64,000 nucleotides of DNA, taken from contig CBFDDD010000016.1 in NCBI GenBank assembly GCA_965603475.1, positions 75-64,074 on the forward strand, given 5' to 3'. Shown here one piece after another: positions 28,715 through 37,933 of this stretch. A program made the translations under genes and the position numbers. How positions within the stretch are numbered: position 1 is the first letter of the stretch; each line of letters starts with the position of its first letter. Origin of the DNA: an uncultured Myxococcales bacterium (GTDB taxonomy: Bacteria > Myxococcota_A > UBA9160 > UBA4427). Below the pieces are notes generated by a model. That model was not told where the DNA came from. It saw nothing but the letters and a program-made list of their open reading frames with translations, and did no database searches.

Positions 28715-29263
28715 TTGGCAGACGAATTGACACATCTGGATGAACGTGGTCGGGCGCGCATGGTCAACGTCGGCGAAAAACCGATCAGCCATCGGGTCTG
28801 CATCGCGCGAGGCGAGGTTCGAATGGCGGCCGAAACGCTGGCCCGGATCGTCGAAGGGCGAGTCGCGAAGGGCGACGTGCTCGCAACCGCGCGGATCGCA
28901 GGTATTCAAGCCGCCAAGAGGGCGGGCGACTGGATTCCACTCGCGCATCCTATGCCGATCGACTCGGTGGTCGTCGACCTCGAACCTGCGCCGGACGGTC
29001 TGGCTCTCCTGATCGAAGCCCGAGTCGAGGCGCATTGGCGTACCGGGGTCGAGATGGAGGCCCTCGTAGCAGCGTCGGCCGCGGGCCTCACGGTCTATGA
29101 TATGTGCAAGGCGGTCGACCGGGAGATGGTGGTCGATCACGTGCGACTGGTGGCGAAGCGCGGTGGGAAGAGCGGGGTGTTCGTGCGCGAAGGCGAGGAG
29201 GCGGTGAATATTCCAGGCGATTCGTCCGATGGCTCCCAAGACCCCCAACGCCCCAAAGGATAG
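28715..29263 (+). CDS. moaC: Cyclic pyranopterin monophosphate synthase MoaC (with short C-terminal tail)
   Basis: LTHLDERGRARMVNVGEKP, IAGIQAAKR...IPLAHP and TGVEMEALVAASAAGLTVYDMCKA. TTG start with GGGAG upstream. Confidence 0.85.
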   Translation: MADELTHLDERGRARMVNVGEKPISHRVCIARGEVRMAAETLARIVEGRVAKGDVLATARIAGIQAAKRAGDWIPLAHPMPIDSVVVDLEPAPDGLALLIEARVEAHWRTGVEMEALVAASAAGLTVYDMCKAVDREMVVDHVRLVAKRGGKSGVFVREGEEAVNIPGDSSDGSQDPQRPKG

Positions 29264-29429
29264 TGACAACGGGTACCCGAGGGGAATGGATTCCATCCCC
29301 GGGGAGATTGGGCGACGAGACGATGAGGCGTGTGTGAGCGGAGCCAACGGCGACGAGACGATTCCGAGTCCGACTGAATCCGGGGAACCCCCGGCCGAGC
29401 GTCGGGGTCTGTCCGCTGAAAGGCTGGAC

Positions 29430-30092
29430 ATGACCTACGAGATTGTTGAGCGGGGGGGGATGAGTACGACCTCATTGGCACGGGAATCCGTGCCACCACG
29501 TGTCGTCATCGATGATCCGGATCAGGATCTCGTTGCGCGCTGGCAGAAGGGCGACGATGCCGCTTTCGAGGAACTGATCACTCGCCACGAGCGGCGGATC
29601 TACCGCCTGCTCTATCGGATGATGGGAAACAAGGAAGATGCCGAAGATCTGACTCAAGAGACTTTCTTGAGTCTGCACCGCTACGGCCATCGGTTTCGTG
29701 CCGAGGCGCGATTCTCGACGTTCGTCTACCGCGTTGCGGCCAACGCCGCTTTGAATCGGCGTCGTTCGCTCGGTCGTGGACGTGCGCGGGTCGAGAAGCT
29801 CAAGCATCGCCAGGCCGCCGGCGATGATCTGCCAAGCTCACCTCGTGATCCCGAGGACTCGACGTCGGGCGCAGAGCTTACGGGTCACGTCCGCGAGGCG
29901 TTGGATCAGCTCTCACCATCCCTTCGCATGCCGGTAATTCTCTATGACATAGAAGGGCTCGCCTACGGCGAAATCGCCAAGGTGCTCGGAATTGCCGAGG
30001 GAACGGTCAAGTCGAGAATCCACCGCGCGCGGCGAGCGCTGCGCGATCAGCTGAAGGATCTGCTGGTTGTCCCGGCAGCCGAGGGCACTTGA
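29430..30092 (+). CDS. ECF-type RNA polymerase sigma-70 factor
   Basis: Region 2 FEELITRHERRIYRLLYRMMGNKEDAEDLTQETF and region 4 LAYGEIAKVLGIAEGTVKSRIHRAR. ATG 29430 has GAAAGG upstream. The ORF-track start at 29229 would overlap moaC. Confidence 0.8.
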   Translation: MTYEIVERGGMSTTSLARESVPPRVVIDDPDQDLVARWQKGDDAAFEELITRHERRIYRLLYRMMGNKEDAEDLTQETFLSLHRYGHRFRAEARFSTFVYRVAANAALNRRRSLGRGRARVEKLKHRQAAGDDLPSSPRDPEDSTSGAELTGHVREALDQLSPSLRMPVILYDIEGLAYGEIAKVLGIAEGTVKSRIHRARRALRDQLKDLLVVPAAEGT

Positions 30093-30093
30093 A

Positions 30094-31293
30094 GTGAATC
30101 ACGCTGATATCAAGAAGCATCTGGCTGACTATCTCGAAGGGGATCTCCCGATTGGCGACCGCGCGCTCGTCGATGCACATCTCGACGCTTGCGACTCGTG
30201 TGCGGGGGAAGTCGAAGAAATGCTGCAGACGATTCGTCTGCTGCGCACAATGCCCGACCCGGAAACGCCACCGATGATCGCAGCAGACGTGATGCGTCGA
30301 ATACGATCGGGTGAAGGACAGCTCGGATTGTTAGGGCGTATCGGTCGGATGCTGAGCGGAGTACTCGAGCCCGGCTTCGTTCTTCCCGCATCGGCCATCG
30401 CAGCGGCAGCTCTGGTCGTCACTGTCGTCCAGAGCTTTGGCGGAATTCCGGGTTTTGATGGCGCGCGCGACTCTCGTGATGTGAGCGAAGAGGGCTACTT
30501 GCTCGATCGAACCGAATCTTCGGTTGCATCTCTGCCGGCGTCGATTGCGGCGGATCGTCGTGGAGAGCAGCGTGCACGCGCGTTGCGCGCACGTCGCGCT
30601 TCGAACGGAATGGATTTCGTGGCCAGGGTCGAGCGTCGTGCCAACCAATCCGATCGGACTCTTCGGATCGGTCCTGTTCAGGGAATTCCGCTCACTGTCG
30701 TTGGATCCGGTACGCGAATTCATATCAAGCTCGAGGGATTGGGATTGGGATTGGTAGAGGAGTCGACGTCTCAACCGTCCCGAGCGCATCAGAACTCGCT
30801 GCCTTCGGGGGGCCGTCTCTTCACATCGCGAAGCCCGGATGGCTGGACGACCGATCTCTCCACCAGAATTTCCCAGATGTCTTCCGACTCGACATCTCCG
30901 GGTACGCTCGTCACCACCGAACGGCTGGGCACGGGCGACTTCACGACTCGGTCTGGCGTATGGCCTCAAACGGTTTCGCAGCGTGAATTTTTCACGAGTA
31001 CTGGCATTGGAGAGGCCGAGCAGAGCGATCCCCGCGATGCATGGCTGGCTCTCGGCCTCGAGGACCCGGCGGAGTTTGCGGGCTATATCGCTGGGCGAAA
31101 TCTGGCCGAACAAGAATTATGGGCTGCACGCCTATCCGAACGAGCCGAGGCGCGGGGACTTCTGGGCGATCTACTAGCGGCACTTCGCGCGAGTGGCGAT
31201 CCGACCGCCGCCTGGGTCGCGGATGATTTTTCTGCGCAGGCTGAACGCGCCGGTTCGTCCATCAGCGAGGCGGAGGATCAGTTCAGCCGCTGA
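30094..31293 (+). CDS. Anti-sigma factor (zf-HC2 type), single TM
   Basis: HLADYLEGDL...HLDACDSCAGEV zinc-finger anti-sigma motif and TM ASAIAAAALVVTVV. GTG 30094 lies 1 nt after the sigma stop codon (30090-30092). Confidence 0.7.
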   Translation: MNHADIKKHLADYLEGDLPIGDRALVDAHLDACDSCAGEVEEMLQTIRLLRTMPDPETPPMIAADVMRRIRSGEGQLGLLGRIGRMLSGVLEPGFVLPASAIAAAALVVTVVQSFGGIPGFDGARDSRDVSEEGYLLDRTESSVASLPASIAADRRGEQRARALRARRASNGMDFVARVERRANQSDRTLRIGPVQGIPLTVVGSGTRIHIKLEGLGLGLVEESTSQPSRAHQNSLPSGGRLFTSRSPDGWTTDLSTRISQMSSDSTSPGTLVTTERLGTGDFTTRSGVWPQTVSQREFFTSTGIGEAEQSDPRDAWLALGLEDPAEFAGYIAGRNLAEQELWAARLSERAEARGLLGDLLAALRASGDPTAAWVADDFSAQAERAGSSISEAEDQFSR

Positions 31294-31445
31294 ACGCCTT
31301 CTACGCGTCCAGTGTCTCTGCCGATCGAATCCACTGGAAATCGCTGCGCGTGAACGGGTCCTTACCGGACGTGGATTCTTGGTCGCTCCCGGGCGCTGTG
31401 CGGCGCAAGCACTAGATTTGTGCTCCCCCCAGCGGAGCGACCTCT

Positions 31446-32192
31446 TTGCCATCCCTACCTTCCGATTTGTTGTCGATTTCACCAACGGCATCTCGGCGAC
31501 CAGTGGAATCGGCGGATCGACCGCGTGAGCGACTGGAGCAGAAGGGGGTGCGCGCGCTCGCCGATGCTGAACTCATCGCACTGGTACTGAGAACTGGAAA
31601 TCGCACGCAGGATGCCTGGACGATCGGGCGTGCGGCAATCGATCGGTTTGGCGGACTCGCTGGGCTCGCGGAGGCCAGTGGTCGCGCACTCGAAGCGATG
31701 CCAGGGCTCGGCCCGGCGAAATCGGCGAGTTTGCGTGCAGCGATCGAGCTCGCGCGACGACTCGTTGATGAGCCCCTCGAACGCGGCCAGCCGATTCGCA
31801 GCCCGGCCGACGTTCAGCGTCACTTTCGTGGCCGCCTGCGCGATTTTCAGCGGGAGTCTTTCCATGTCCTGCTACTCGATGGACGTCACCGTCTGATCAC
31901 CACCGAAGAAGTCTCGGTTGGAACCTTGACCGCAAGCCTGGTTCATCCGCGTGAGGTGTTCCGTGATGCGATTCGCAACGCGGCGGCTGCGCTCGTGCTC
32001 GTTCACAACCATCCAAGCGGGGACCCCAGTCCGAGCTCAGAAGATCGATCCGTCACCGAGCGGCTTCGGTCGGCGGGCCTTCTCCTCGGTATCCGCGTTC
32101 TCGATCACGTAATCGTTGCGAATTCTGGATACTTCAGTTTTCGTGAGGCTGGGGACGGATTTGACGACGAGAGGTCGCTTTCGTCGGCCTGA
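31446..32192 (+). CDS. radC: RadC-family JAB/MPN domain protein; start uncertain (non-ATG)
   Basis: RPRERLEQKGVRALADAELIALVLRTG, HhH MPGLGPAKS and JAMM motif HNHPSGDPSPSSED. Confidence 0.8.
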   Translation: MPSLPSDLLSISPTASRRPVESADRPRERLEQKGVRALADAELIALVLRTGNRTQDAWTIGRAAIDRFGGLAGLAEASGRALEAMPGLGPAKSASLRAAIELARRLVDEPLERGQPIRSPADVQRHFRGRLRDFQRESFHVLLLDGRHRLITTEEVSVGTLTASLVHPREVFRDAIRNAAAALVLVHNHPSGDPSPSSEDRSVTERLRSAGLLLGIRVLDHVIVANSGYFSFREAGDGFDDERSLSSA

Positions 32193-32388
32193 CTCGGGTT
32201 AGGCGGAATCTCTTGCGAATATCACTCCCCCTAAACGAGGGGGGCGGAGGGAACCGCCCACAAAGCGCGCACAAACGGCCCTCAAGTCTCGGGGAGAGTA
32301 CGGTCGAAGAAGACCATAGGAGCTATCCGGTGGCCAAGCCGATCACGTTCAGGTGGGTCGTCTCGGGCACTGGCACGGAGAAGCTGCC

Positions 32389-32781
32389 ATGGCAAAGGTG
32401 AGTTTGGACTCAGATGGAGCAGACTGCCCGGACGGGGTCGCCGACGATGACCGACGACGCGCAGGCCGCGCCGGAGTGACCGTGCGAATCGACTATGCGA
32501 CTGTCGACGAAATGTTTTCCGAGTTCACGCGAGATATCAACGCAGGTGGCCTCTTTATCGAGACCGAAAAGCCACATCAGCCCGGAACCGAGGTCTCGAT
32601 GCTATTCCATCTGCCCGGGAGCAAAGAAGTCTTGCGAACGATCGGCCGAGTCGTGCGCGTCTCCAGCGGAGGCGTCACCGCGCCAGCGGGAATGGGAATC
32701 GAATTCGACGAGCTGACGCCGGATGACCTGGCAAAGATCGATCGGATCGTCCGCTCGCTTCGCACGGAAGGTGCGAACTAG
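32389..32781 (+). CDS. PilZ domain protein
   Basis: RIDYATVDEMFSEFTRDINAGGLFIET...GRVVRV...GMGIEFDEL. ATG 32389 is preceded by GGAGA. Confidence 0.7.
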   Translation: MAKVSLDSDGADCPDGVADDDRRRAGRAGVTVRIDYATVDEMFSEFTRDINAGGLFIETEKPHQPGTEVSMLFHLPGSKEVLRTIGRVVRVSSGGVTAPAGMGIEFDELTPDDLAKIDRIVRSLRTEGAN

Positions 32782-32824
32782 CACGATCTGCCAATACAAC
32801 GCAGGGCTAGACCCGACGACGAAA

Positions 32825-33325
32825 TCAGAACGGGATGTTGTCGTCCATCGGCGGGCCAGGATCGCCGGACGGGCCGCTACCGCCGGAACGTCCGCCGCCC
32901 GAATCGCCACCGCTACCGCCAGAAGGTCCGCCGCCCGAATCGCCACCGCTACCGCCAGAAGGTCCGCCGCCCGAATCGCCACCGCCACCACCGGTGCGCG
33001 GTCCGATGAAGTTGACGGTGTTGGCGTTGATCTCGGTCGTGTACCGCTTGTTTCCGTCTTTGTCTTCCCACTCTCGGGTTTGTATTCGACCTTCGACGTA
33101 GACAGTTCGTCCCTTCGACAGGTACTGCGCACACATTTCGGCCGTTTTCCCCCAGACGACGATTCGATGCCACTCTGTGCGTTCGACGCGTTCACCGCTC
33201 TTGTCGGTCCAGTTCTCGCTCGTTGCGAGCGTAAAGTTGACGACGGACTGGCCATTCGGCGTAGTTCGCAGCTCGGGATCTCGACCGAGATTGCCTACAA
33301 GGATGGCTTTATTGACACCTGCCAT
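32825..33325 (-). CDS. ssb: Single-stranded DNA-binding protein
   Basis: [25 protein letters not shown]...[13 protein letters not shown] fold, a Gly-rich linker and the acidic tip DDNIPF. ATG at 33325. Confidence 0.9.
   Translation of the reverse strand: MAGVNKAILVGNLGRDPELRTTPNGQSVVNFTLATSENWTDKSGERVERTEWHRIVVWGKTAEMCAQYLSKGRTVYVEGRIQTREWEDKDGNKRYTTEINANTVNFIGPRTGGGGGDSGGGPSGGSGGDSGGGPSGGSGGDSGGGRSGGSGPSGDPGPPMDDNIPF
32891..32990. repeat. 36-bp tandem repeat (2 perfect and 1 partial copy) inside the ssb linker
   Basis: tccgccgcccgaatcgccaccgctaccgccagaagg occurs at 32891-32926 and 32927-32962, followed by a partial third copy. It encodes ([12 protein letters not shown])n on the minus strand. 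Confidence 0.9.
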
Positions 33326-33591
33326 GGTGGGGCTCCAAAGGGACTCGTTGTGAGGAAATGATATGGAGAGTGTCCCGCCGTGGTCGAAATGCGTCAAGGG
33401 AGGACCGCCAGGGCCCTTTGCGCGACGGGATGGTCACGGTATCCTGCTGCGGTTCTCCTCTCCGGGGGGTGAGGGAATGCAGACGCACTATTTCTACATC
33501 AAAAGATTGACTCAGCGCACGCTTCGCTTCATCGGTCCTCTTGGGAGTGGCCTTGGCGAGAGGCTTGCGCGAGCACGATTGGACGGCCGTC

Positions 33592-36093
33592 ATGGCTAGG
33601 GCAGCAGCCAAATCACGATCGCGGCGCGCAGGTGCGCGCTCCGAGCGACAAGCGGCGAAAGAGGACGGCGAAGAGCCGATTCTGGTCGCGGTGGGCTCCG
33701 AGATCGTCGGGCTCGTGTTGATCGGTTTCTGCCTTCTCGGAACCCTGGCGCTCGCGACCTATGCGCCGCAGGACCCGATTGGCGAACTCGTCGAGGTCAG
33801 GAACAGCGCTGGTCCAGCCGGCGCGACCCTGGCCGGACTCCTGCTGAGGTCTCTCGGCGCCGGCGCAATCGTGTTGGTGGCGTCCTGCGCATTTCTCGGT
33901 GGGCGACTCGTGATGAGTCTGGGGCTTCCAGGCCCGTTTTCGCGCTTCTGGATTGGGACATTCGTGCTCATTCCGACCGTCGCTGTGATGCCGCCGCTGC
34001 TGTTCAACCTTGCGCCCGAGAGTGTTCCCTGGGTCGAGCCTGGCTGGCTCGGGGCGGAATGGTCGCGATGGCAGACCCTGCTCTTCGGAAGCGCCGGCGC
34101 GCTCGTGCTGACCACGCTTCTCCTGGCGGTGGGCCTCCTCTCGCTGACGGGAATCTCGACCGGCACCACACTGGGTGCGCTCGGGCGTGCGGGGACATGG
34201 ACCGCGGGGTGGGCGTTTTGGATCGGGGATTGGTTGCTCGGCCAGCTACAGGTCCTTGGTGAGCAGTTGCTTCTGCTGGCCCAGGCCGCCGGAAGGCGAG
34301 CGATGGGAAGCCTTCTGCAGCTTCGCGAGTCCGCGAGCTCGATCGGGGTCTGGAGGGAGCGTCGGGCGCGTCGCACACGTGTTCAGGAATTGCGCGAGCC
34401 CGAGTTTTCATTCGAAGAAGAATCGGGCGAGCCCGAGCCTGAACTCGCGCAGACGGAGATCGAGGAAGAGCAGGAAATCAAGCGGGAGCCGACGCCTCGC
34501 AAGCAGCGTGGCGGCGAAGAACCCGACATCGTCGATCATGACGAGGAGCGTCGAAGCACGCGGAAACCCGAGCAGGAAGCCTTCCACTTCAATGATGGTG
34601 CTTCGAGCGGACCCTTCGAATTGCCCGATCCGGCACTCTTTTCGTCGCCGCCCGAGAACGAGCGGTCGTATGATCGCGATTCGCTCCTGATGAACTCGAA
34701 AATTCTCGAGAAGAAGCTCGCGGATTTCGGTGTGACGGGTCGAGTGGTCCGCGTTCACCCCGGGCCTGTGATCACGATGTACGAGTACGAGCCTGCGGCT
34801 GGGATCAAGGTCAATCGCATCGTCGGACTGACGGACGACCTGGCGATGTCGCTTCGGGCGATCTCGATTCGGATCATCGCGCCGCTTCCGGGCAAGTCGG
34901 TCGTCGGAATCGAGGTCCCGAATCCAGATCGAGAGACGGTCTATTTGCGTGAGATTCTCGAATCCCAGAGTTTTCGAAAGACCAAGGGTCGACTCGCGGT
35001 TGCGATGGGCAAGGATATCTTCGGCAACGCAGTGACTTCGGATCTGGCGAAGATGCCCCACCTTTTGGTGGCAGGTTCGACGGGAACCGGAAAGAGCGTC
35101 TTCCTGAATTCTCTGCTTTGCTCCCTGCTCAGCCGTGCGACACCGAATGAACTGAAGCTCCTCATGGTCGATCCGAAGATGCTCGAGTTGTCGATCTACG
35201 ATGGCATCCCACATCTGATTGCAGACGTCGTCACGAGCCCGAAACGCGCTGCGGCAGCGCTCCAGGGCGTCGTTCGGAAAATGGAAGACCGCTATCAGAT
35301 GATGAGCGCAACCGGCGTTCGAAACATCGATCAGTTCAATGAGAAGGCCCGCAAGTCTCTCGCCGAGGGCGAGGAGTTCTTTACCCTGAAGCCCAAACCG
35401 GGACAGACTGAGGGTGAGGAAGTCGAATGGCAGATCCTGCCCAATATCGTCGTCGTCATCGACGAACTCGCGGACCTGATGATGACTGCGGCGAAGGAGG
35501 TCGAGGAATCACTCCAGCGCCTCGCGCAGATGGCACGTGCTTCCGGGATTCATCTCGTGCTGGCGACGCAGCGTCCGAGCGTCGACGTCCTCACGGGCGT
35601 GATCAAGGCAAACTTTCCGGCGCGCGTATCCTTTCAGGTCTCCTCCGGCACCGATAGTCGTACGATCCTGGACCAGAAAGGTGCCGACGACCTTCTGGGC
35701 ATGGGCGATATGCTCTTTCTCCCACCTGGAACCGCTGTCTTGCAGCGTATCCATGGACCTTTCGTGTCGGAAGATGAAGTCCATGATCTCGTGAAGTTCC
35801 TGAAGGGTCAGGGACGTCCGGTCTTCGATGAGGATCTCGTTCGGGCGGATGCTGAGGCGGAAAAGATCGAATCGCGTGGCGAGGATGTAGACGAGATGTT
35901 CGACCAGGCGGTCGCGATTGTCGCCGAGACCCGGAATGCGTCGATTTCCTATGTCCAGCGGCGTCTCAAGATCGGGTACAACCGCGCTGCCCGAATCGTC
36001 GAACAGATGGAACTCGACGGTATGATCGGGCCTCAAATTGGCTCGAAGGGGAGAGAGGTCTTCATGCCTTCTCCCCTCTCCGACGACGAGTAG
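33592..36093 (+). CDS. ftsK: DNA translocase FtsK
   Basis: N-terminal TM helices, Walker A GSTGTGKSV, VVIDELADLMM, and gamma domain SYVQRRLKIGYNRAARIVEQME. ATG at 33592. Confidence 0.9.
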   Translation: MARAAAKSRSRRAGARSERQAAKEDGEEPILVAVGSEIVGLVLIGFCLLGTLALATYAPQDPIGELVEVRNSAGPAGATLAGLLLRSLGAGAIVLVASCAFLGGRLVMSLGLPGPFSRFWIGTFVLIPTVAVMPPLLFNLAPESVPWVEPGWLGAEWSRWQTLLFGSAGALVLTTLLLAVGLLSLTGISTGTTLGALGRAGTWTAGWAFWIGDWLLGQLQVLGEQLLLLAQAAGRRAMGSLLQLRESASSIGVWRERRARRTRVQELREPEFSFEEESGEPEPELAQTEIEEEQEIKREPTPRKQRGGEEPDIVDHDEERRSTRKPEQEAFHFNDGASSGPFELPDPALFSSPPENERSYDRDSLLMNSKILEKKLADFGVTGRVVRVHPGPVITMYEYEPAAGIKVNRIVGLTDDLAMSLRAISIRIIAPLPGKSVVGIEVPNPDRETVYLREILESQSFRKTKGRLAVAMGKDIFGNAVTSDLAKMPHLLVAGSTGTGKSVFLNSLLCSLLSRATPNELKLLMVDPKMLELSIYDGIPHLIADVVTSPKRAAAALQGVVRKMEDRYQMMSATGVRNIDQFNEKARKSLAEGEEFFTLKPKPGQTEGEEVEWQILPNIVVVIDELADLMMTAAKEVEESLQRLAQMARASGIHLVLATQRPSVDVLTGVIKANFPARVSFQVSSGTDSRTILDQKGADDLLGMGDMLFLPPGTAVLQRIHGPFVSEDEVHDLVKFLKGQGRPVFDEDLVRADAEAEKIESRGEDVDEMFDQAVAIVAETRNASISYVQRRLKIGYNRAARIVEQMELDGMIGPQIGSKGREVFMPSPLSDDE

Positions 36094-36120
36094 CGGCGAA
36101 GGGTTCGCGCGAACCGCGTC

Positions 36121-36951
36121 ATGACTGCCATGACCGGGGAGGCTGTCGTGAAGAGGCTTTCAATGAAGTTCGCTGGTTTAGTTCGTACAGAGCGAGCGCG
36201 AATGGCGCGTGTCGTCTTTCGGCCTGGCGCCATTTTGTCGACCGCAGTTCTGTTGGCCGCGTCCGGGGCCTATGCCGAGCCGGAGGCCGAACCGAAGGCG
36301 GAAACGGCGATCGAAGCAGGCGAGAAAGAATCGAGTTGTCCGGCGGGAGCTGGCGTGAACACGGCGAAGCTGATTCAGTCGCGATACGAGGGCATTCGAG
36401 ACATCCACGCGAATTTCGTGCAGACCAATGAATCTGCGACGTTCGCCGGGCAGCCCCTGATGGCGCCGGAGCCCAAGAGCGGTCGCGTCATCTTTGCCAA
36501 ACCTGGAAAGATGAGATGGTCCTATCTCTTGCCCGAGCCGAGCGTGGTTGTGTCGGACGGTCAGATCCTATGGATCTATGACGTCGATGGCGAGTCGATC
36601 ACTCGCCTCGAGGTCACAGCGGGCTACCTGAGCGGCGCCGCCCTCCAGTTCTTGCTTGGGGATGGTCAGATTCTCGAATCATTCGAGGTCGAGGCGACTG
36701 TCTGCGAGATGGACCACACCACGCTCGATCTGATTCCGAAGGCGGAGGCCACCTACGAGCGGCTGGGACTCGTGGCTGACCGTGTTTCGGGCGACATCGT
36801 CGCCACGTCGGTGCTCGATCTCCTCGGTAATCTGACCGAGATTCGATTCAGCGAGATCGAAGTCAATCGCGATCCCAAAGCCGAGACCTTCAAGCTCGAA
36901 ATTCCCGAGGGCGTAGAGGTCATCGATTACGCAGGTTCGCCCGACGACTGA
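36121..36951 (+). CDS. lolA: Outer-membrane lipoprotein carrier LolA; start uncertain (36163 and 36202 are alternatives)
   Basis: Signal peptide ...ILSTAVLLAASGAYA and LolA-type segments IHANFVQT, GKMRWSY and ILWIYD. The ftsK-lolA adjacency is common. Confidence 0.75.
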   Translation: MTAMTGEAVVKRLSMKFAGLVRTERARMARVVFRPGAILSTAVLLAASGAYAEPEAEPKAETAIEAGEKESSCPAGAGVNTAKLIQSRYEGIRDIHANFVQTNESATFAGQPLMAPEPKSGRVIFAKPGKMRWSYLLPEPSVVVSDGQILWIYDVDGESITRLEVTAGYLSGAALQFLLGDGQILESFEVEATVCEMDHTTLDLIPKAEATYERLGLVADRVSGDIVATSVLDLLGNLTEIRFSEIEVNRDPKAETFKLEIPEGVEVIDYAGSPDD

Positions 36952-37347
36952 GTCCCTCAGGCCGCAATCGATGGTCCTAGACCAGAAGCCAGAGGGGGCC
37001 ATGACGCTCAACGTCCCAATTCTCCTCGAAATTTGCGCCCCGAAATAGAATGCACGGCAGTCAGTGCGCATGTTCGAGCGGTGCAATCTCGACGATTTCG
37101 TCTAGATATCGGCAACTTTTGCGGCAGGATGCCTCCGCAGTTTGCACATCAGATTCTCGAAACCAGGCAATTCGATCTGGGTACTAACCAGAGTCTGTTA
37201 GCCAGAGTCTGCGGCGCGCGTGGTGAGCGTGCCTGAGGATGGGTGCGAGCGTGAATTCTGCACCGATTGGAGCCCAGGTGTTCGCAATCGAACGACGAAA
37301 CCATTCTAAAACAGGAGTTTATGAGGATCTCTGCATGCGAGTCCCGG

Positions 37348-37375
37348 TTGACACGATTTTTGCAGCCGATAAACT
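37348..37375 (+). promoter_or_regulatory. Sigma70-like promoter candidate inside the arc-upstream gap
   Basis: TTGACA (37348-53), a 16-nt spacer, then TAAACT (37370-75), in a locally AT-richer stretch. Confidence 0.35.
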
Positions 37376-37933
37376 GAAAAAGGCTGAAAAGGGCTTCAAA
37401 TTCGAGAGGTTCGACGTTTCATTCCAACCGATCGGGTCGTTATTGAATCGGCAGGGCTCAAAAGACAGGCTAGAGCGAGGGTCGGCGAGAATGGGTGGCC
37501 TTCCCTTCGAATCGGGGTCCCCGAATCGGAGGTTGCCATCGCGACGGTGCAATCTGCAGACCGCCTCTGGCCCCGCTTTCTTCGGGCTGGACGCGCCCTC
37601 GATCGGTGCACTTCAAAATCGATCGCGGAGTGCGCAACCCTCCGAATTCCCAACTCTTTTGTGTCGCCTCCCCGCTGGATCGAAAAGTCTGTTTGCCGCG
37701 GCGATTCGAATTGCGGAAGGTTGGGTCAGAAGAATCGGTTCCAATCCCCCCGGGTCGAAATCGAGAGATTCCGAAGTCCTCTTTCACGCAGAAGGCGGAC
37801 ACGATCTCTTGCCGAGCCGCCAATCAGCCAAATCAAGTGCGGCACAGCGCTTGCAGTATGGGTTGGGTGAGGGTTGGGATGACTGCTCGTTTCCGCAAGA
37901 ATCTGCGGGGCGAGACAACGAGGAGACGGCGTA

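Noticed and set aside
27118-28803. 561-aa ORF on the minus strand
   Set aside because: It lies antisense to three well-supported plus-strand genes (SLT, alpha/beta hydrolase, moaC start). Its translation is Arg/Ser/Pro-rich with no motifs. This is the typical stop-free antisense frame of GC-rich DNA.
32226-32259. Two overlapping GC hairpins after radC (ccccc-taaacga-ggggg and gggcgg-agggaa-ccgccc) as a riboswitch-like alternative structure
   Set aside because: They are most simply a weak terminator. The stems are short (5-6 bp), there is no U-tract, and I can assess no conserved context.
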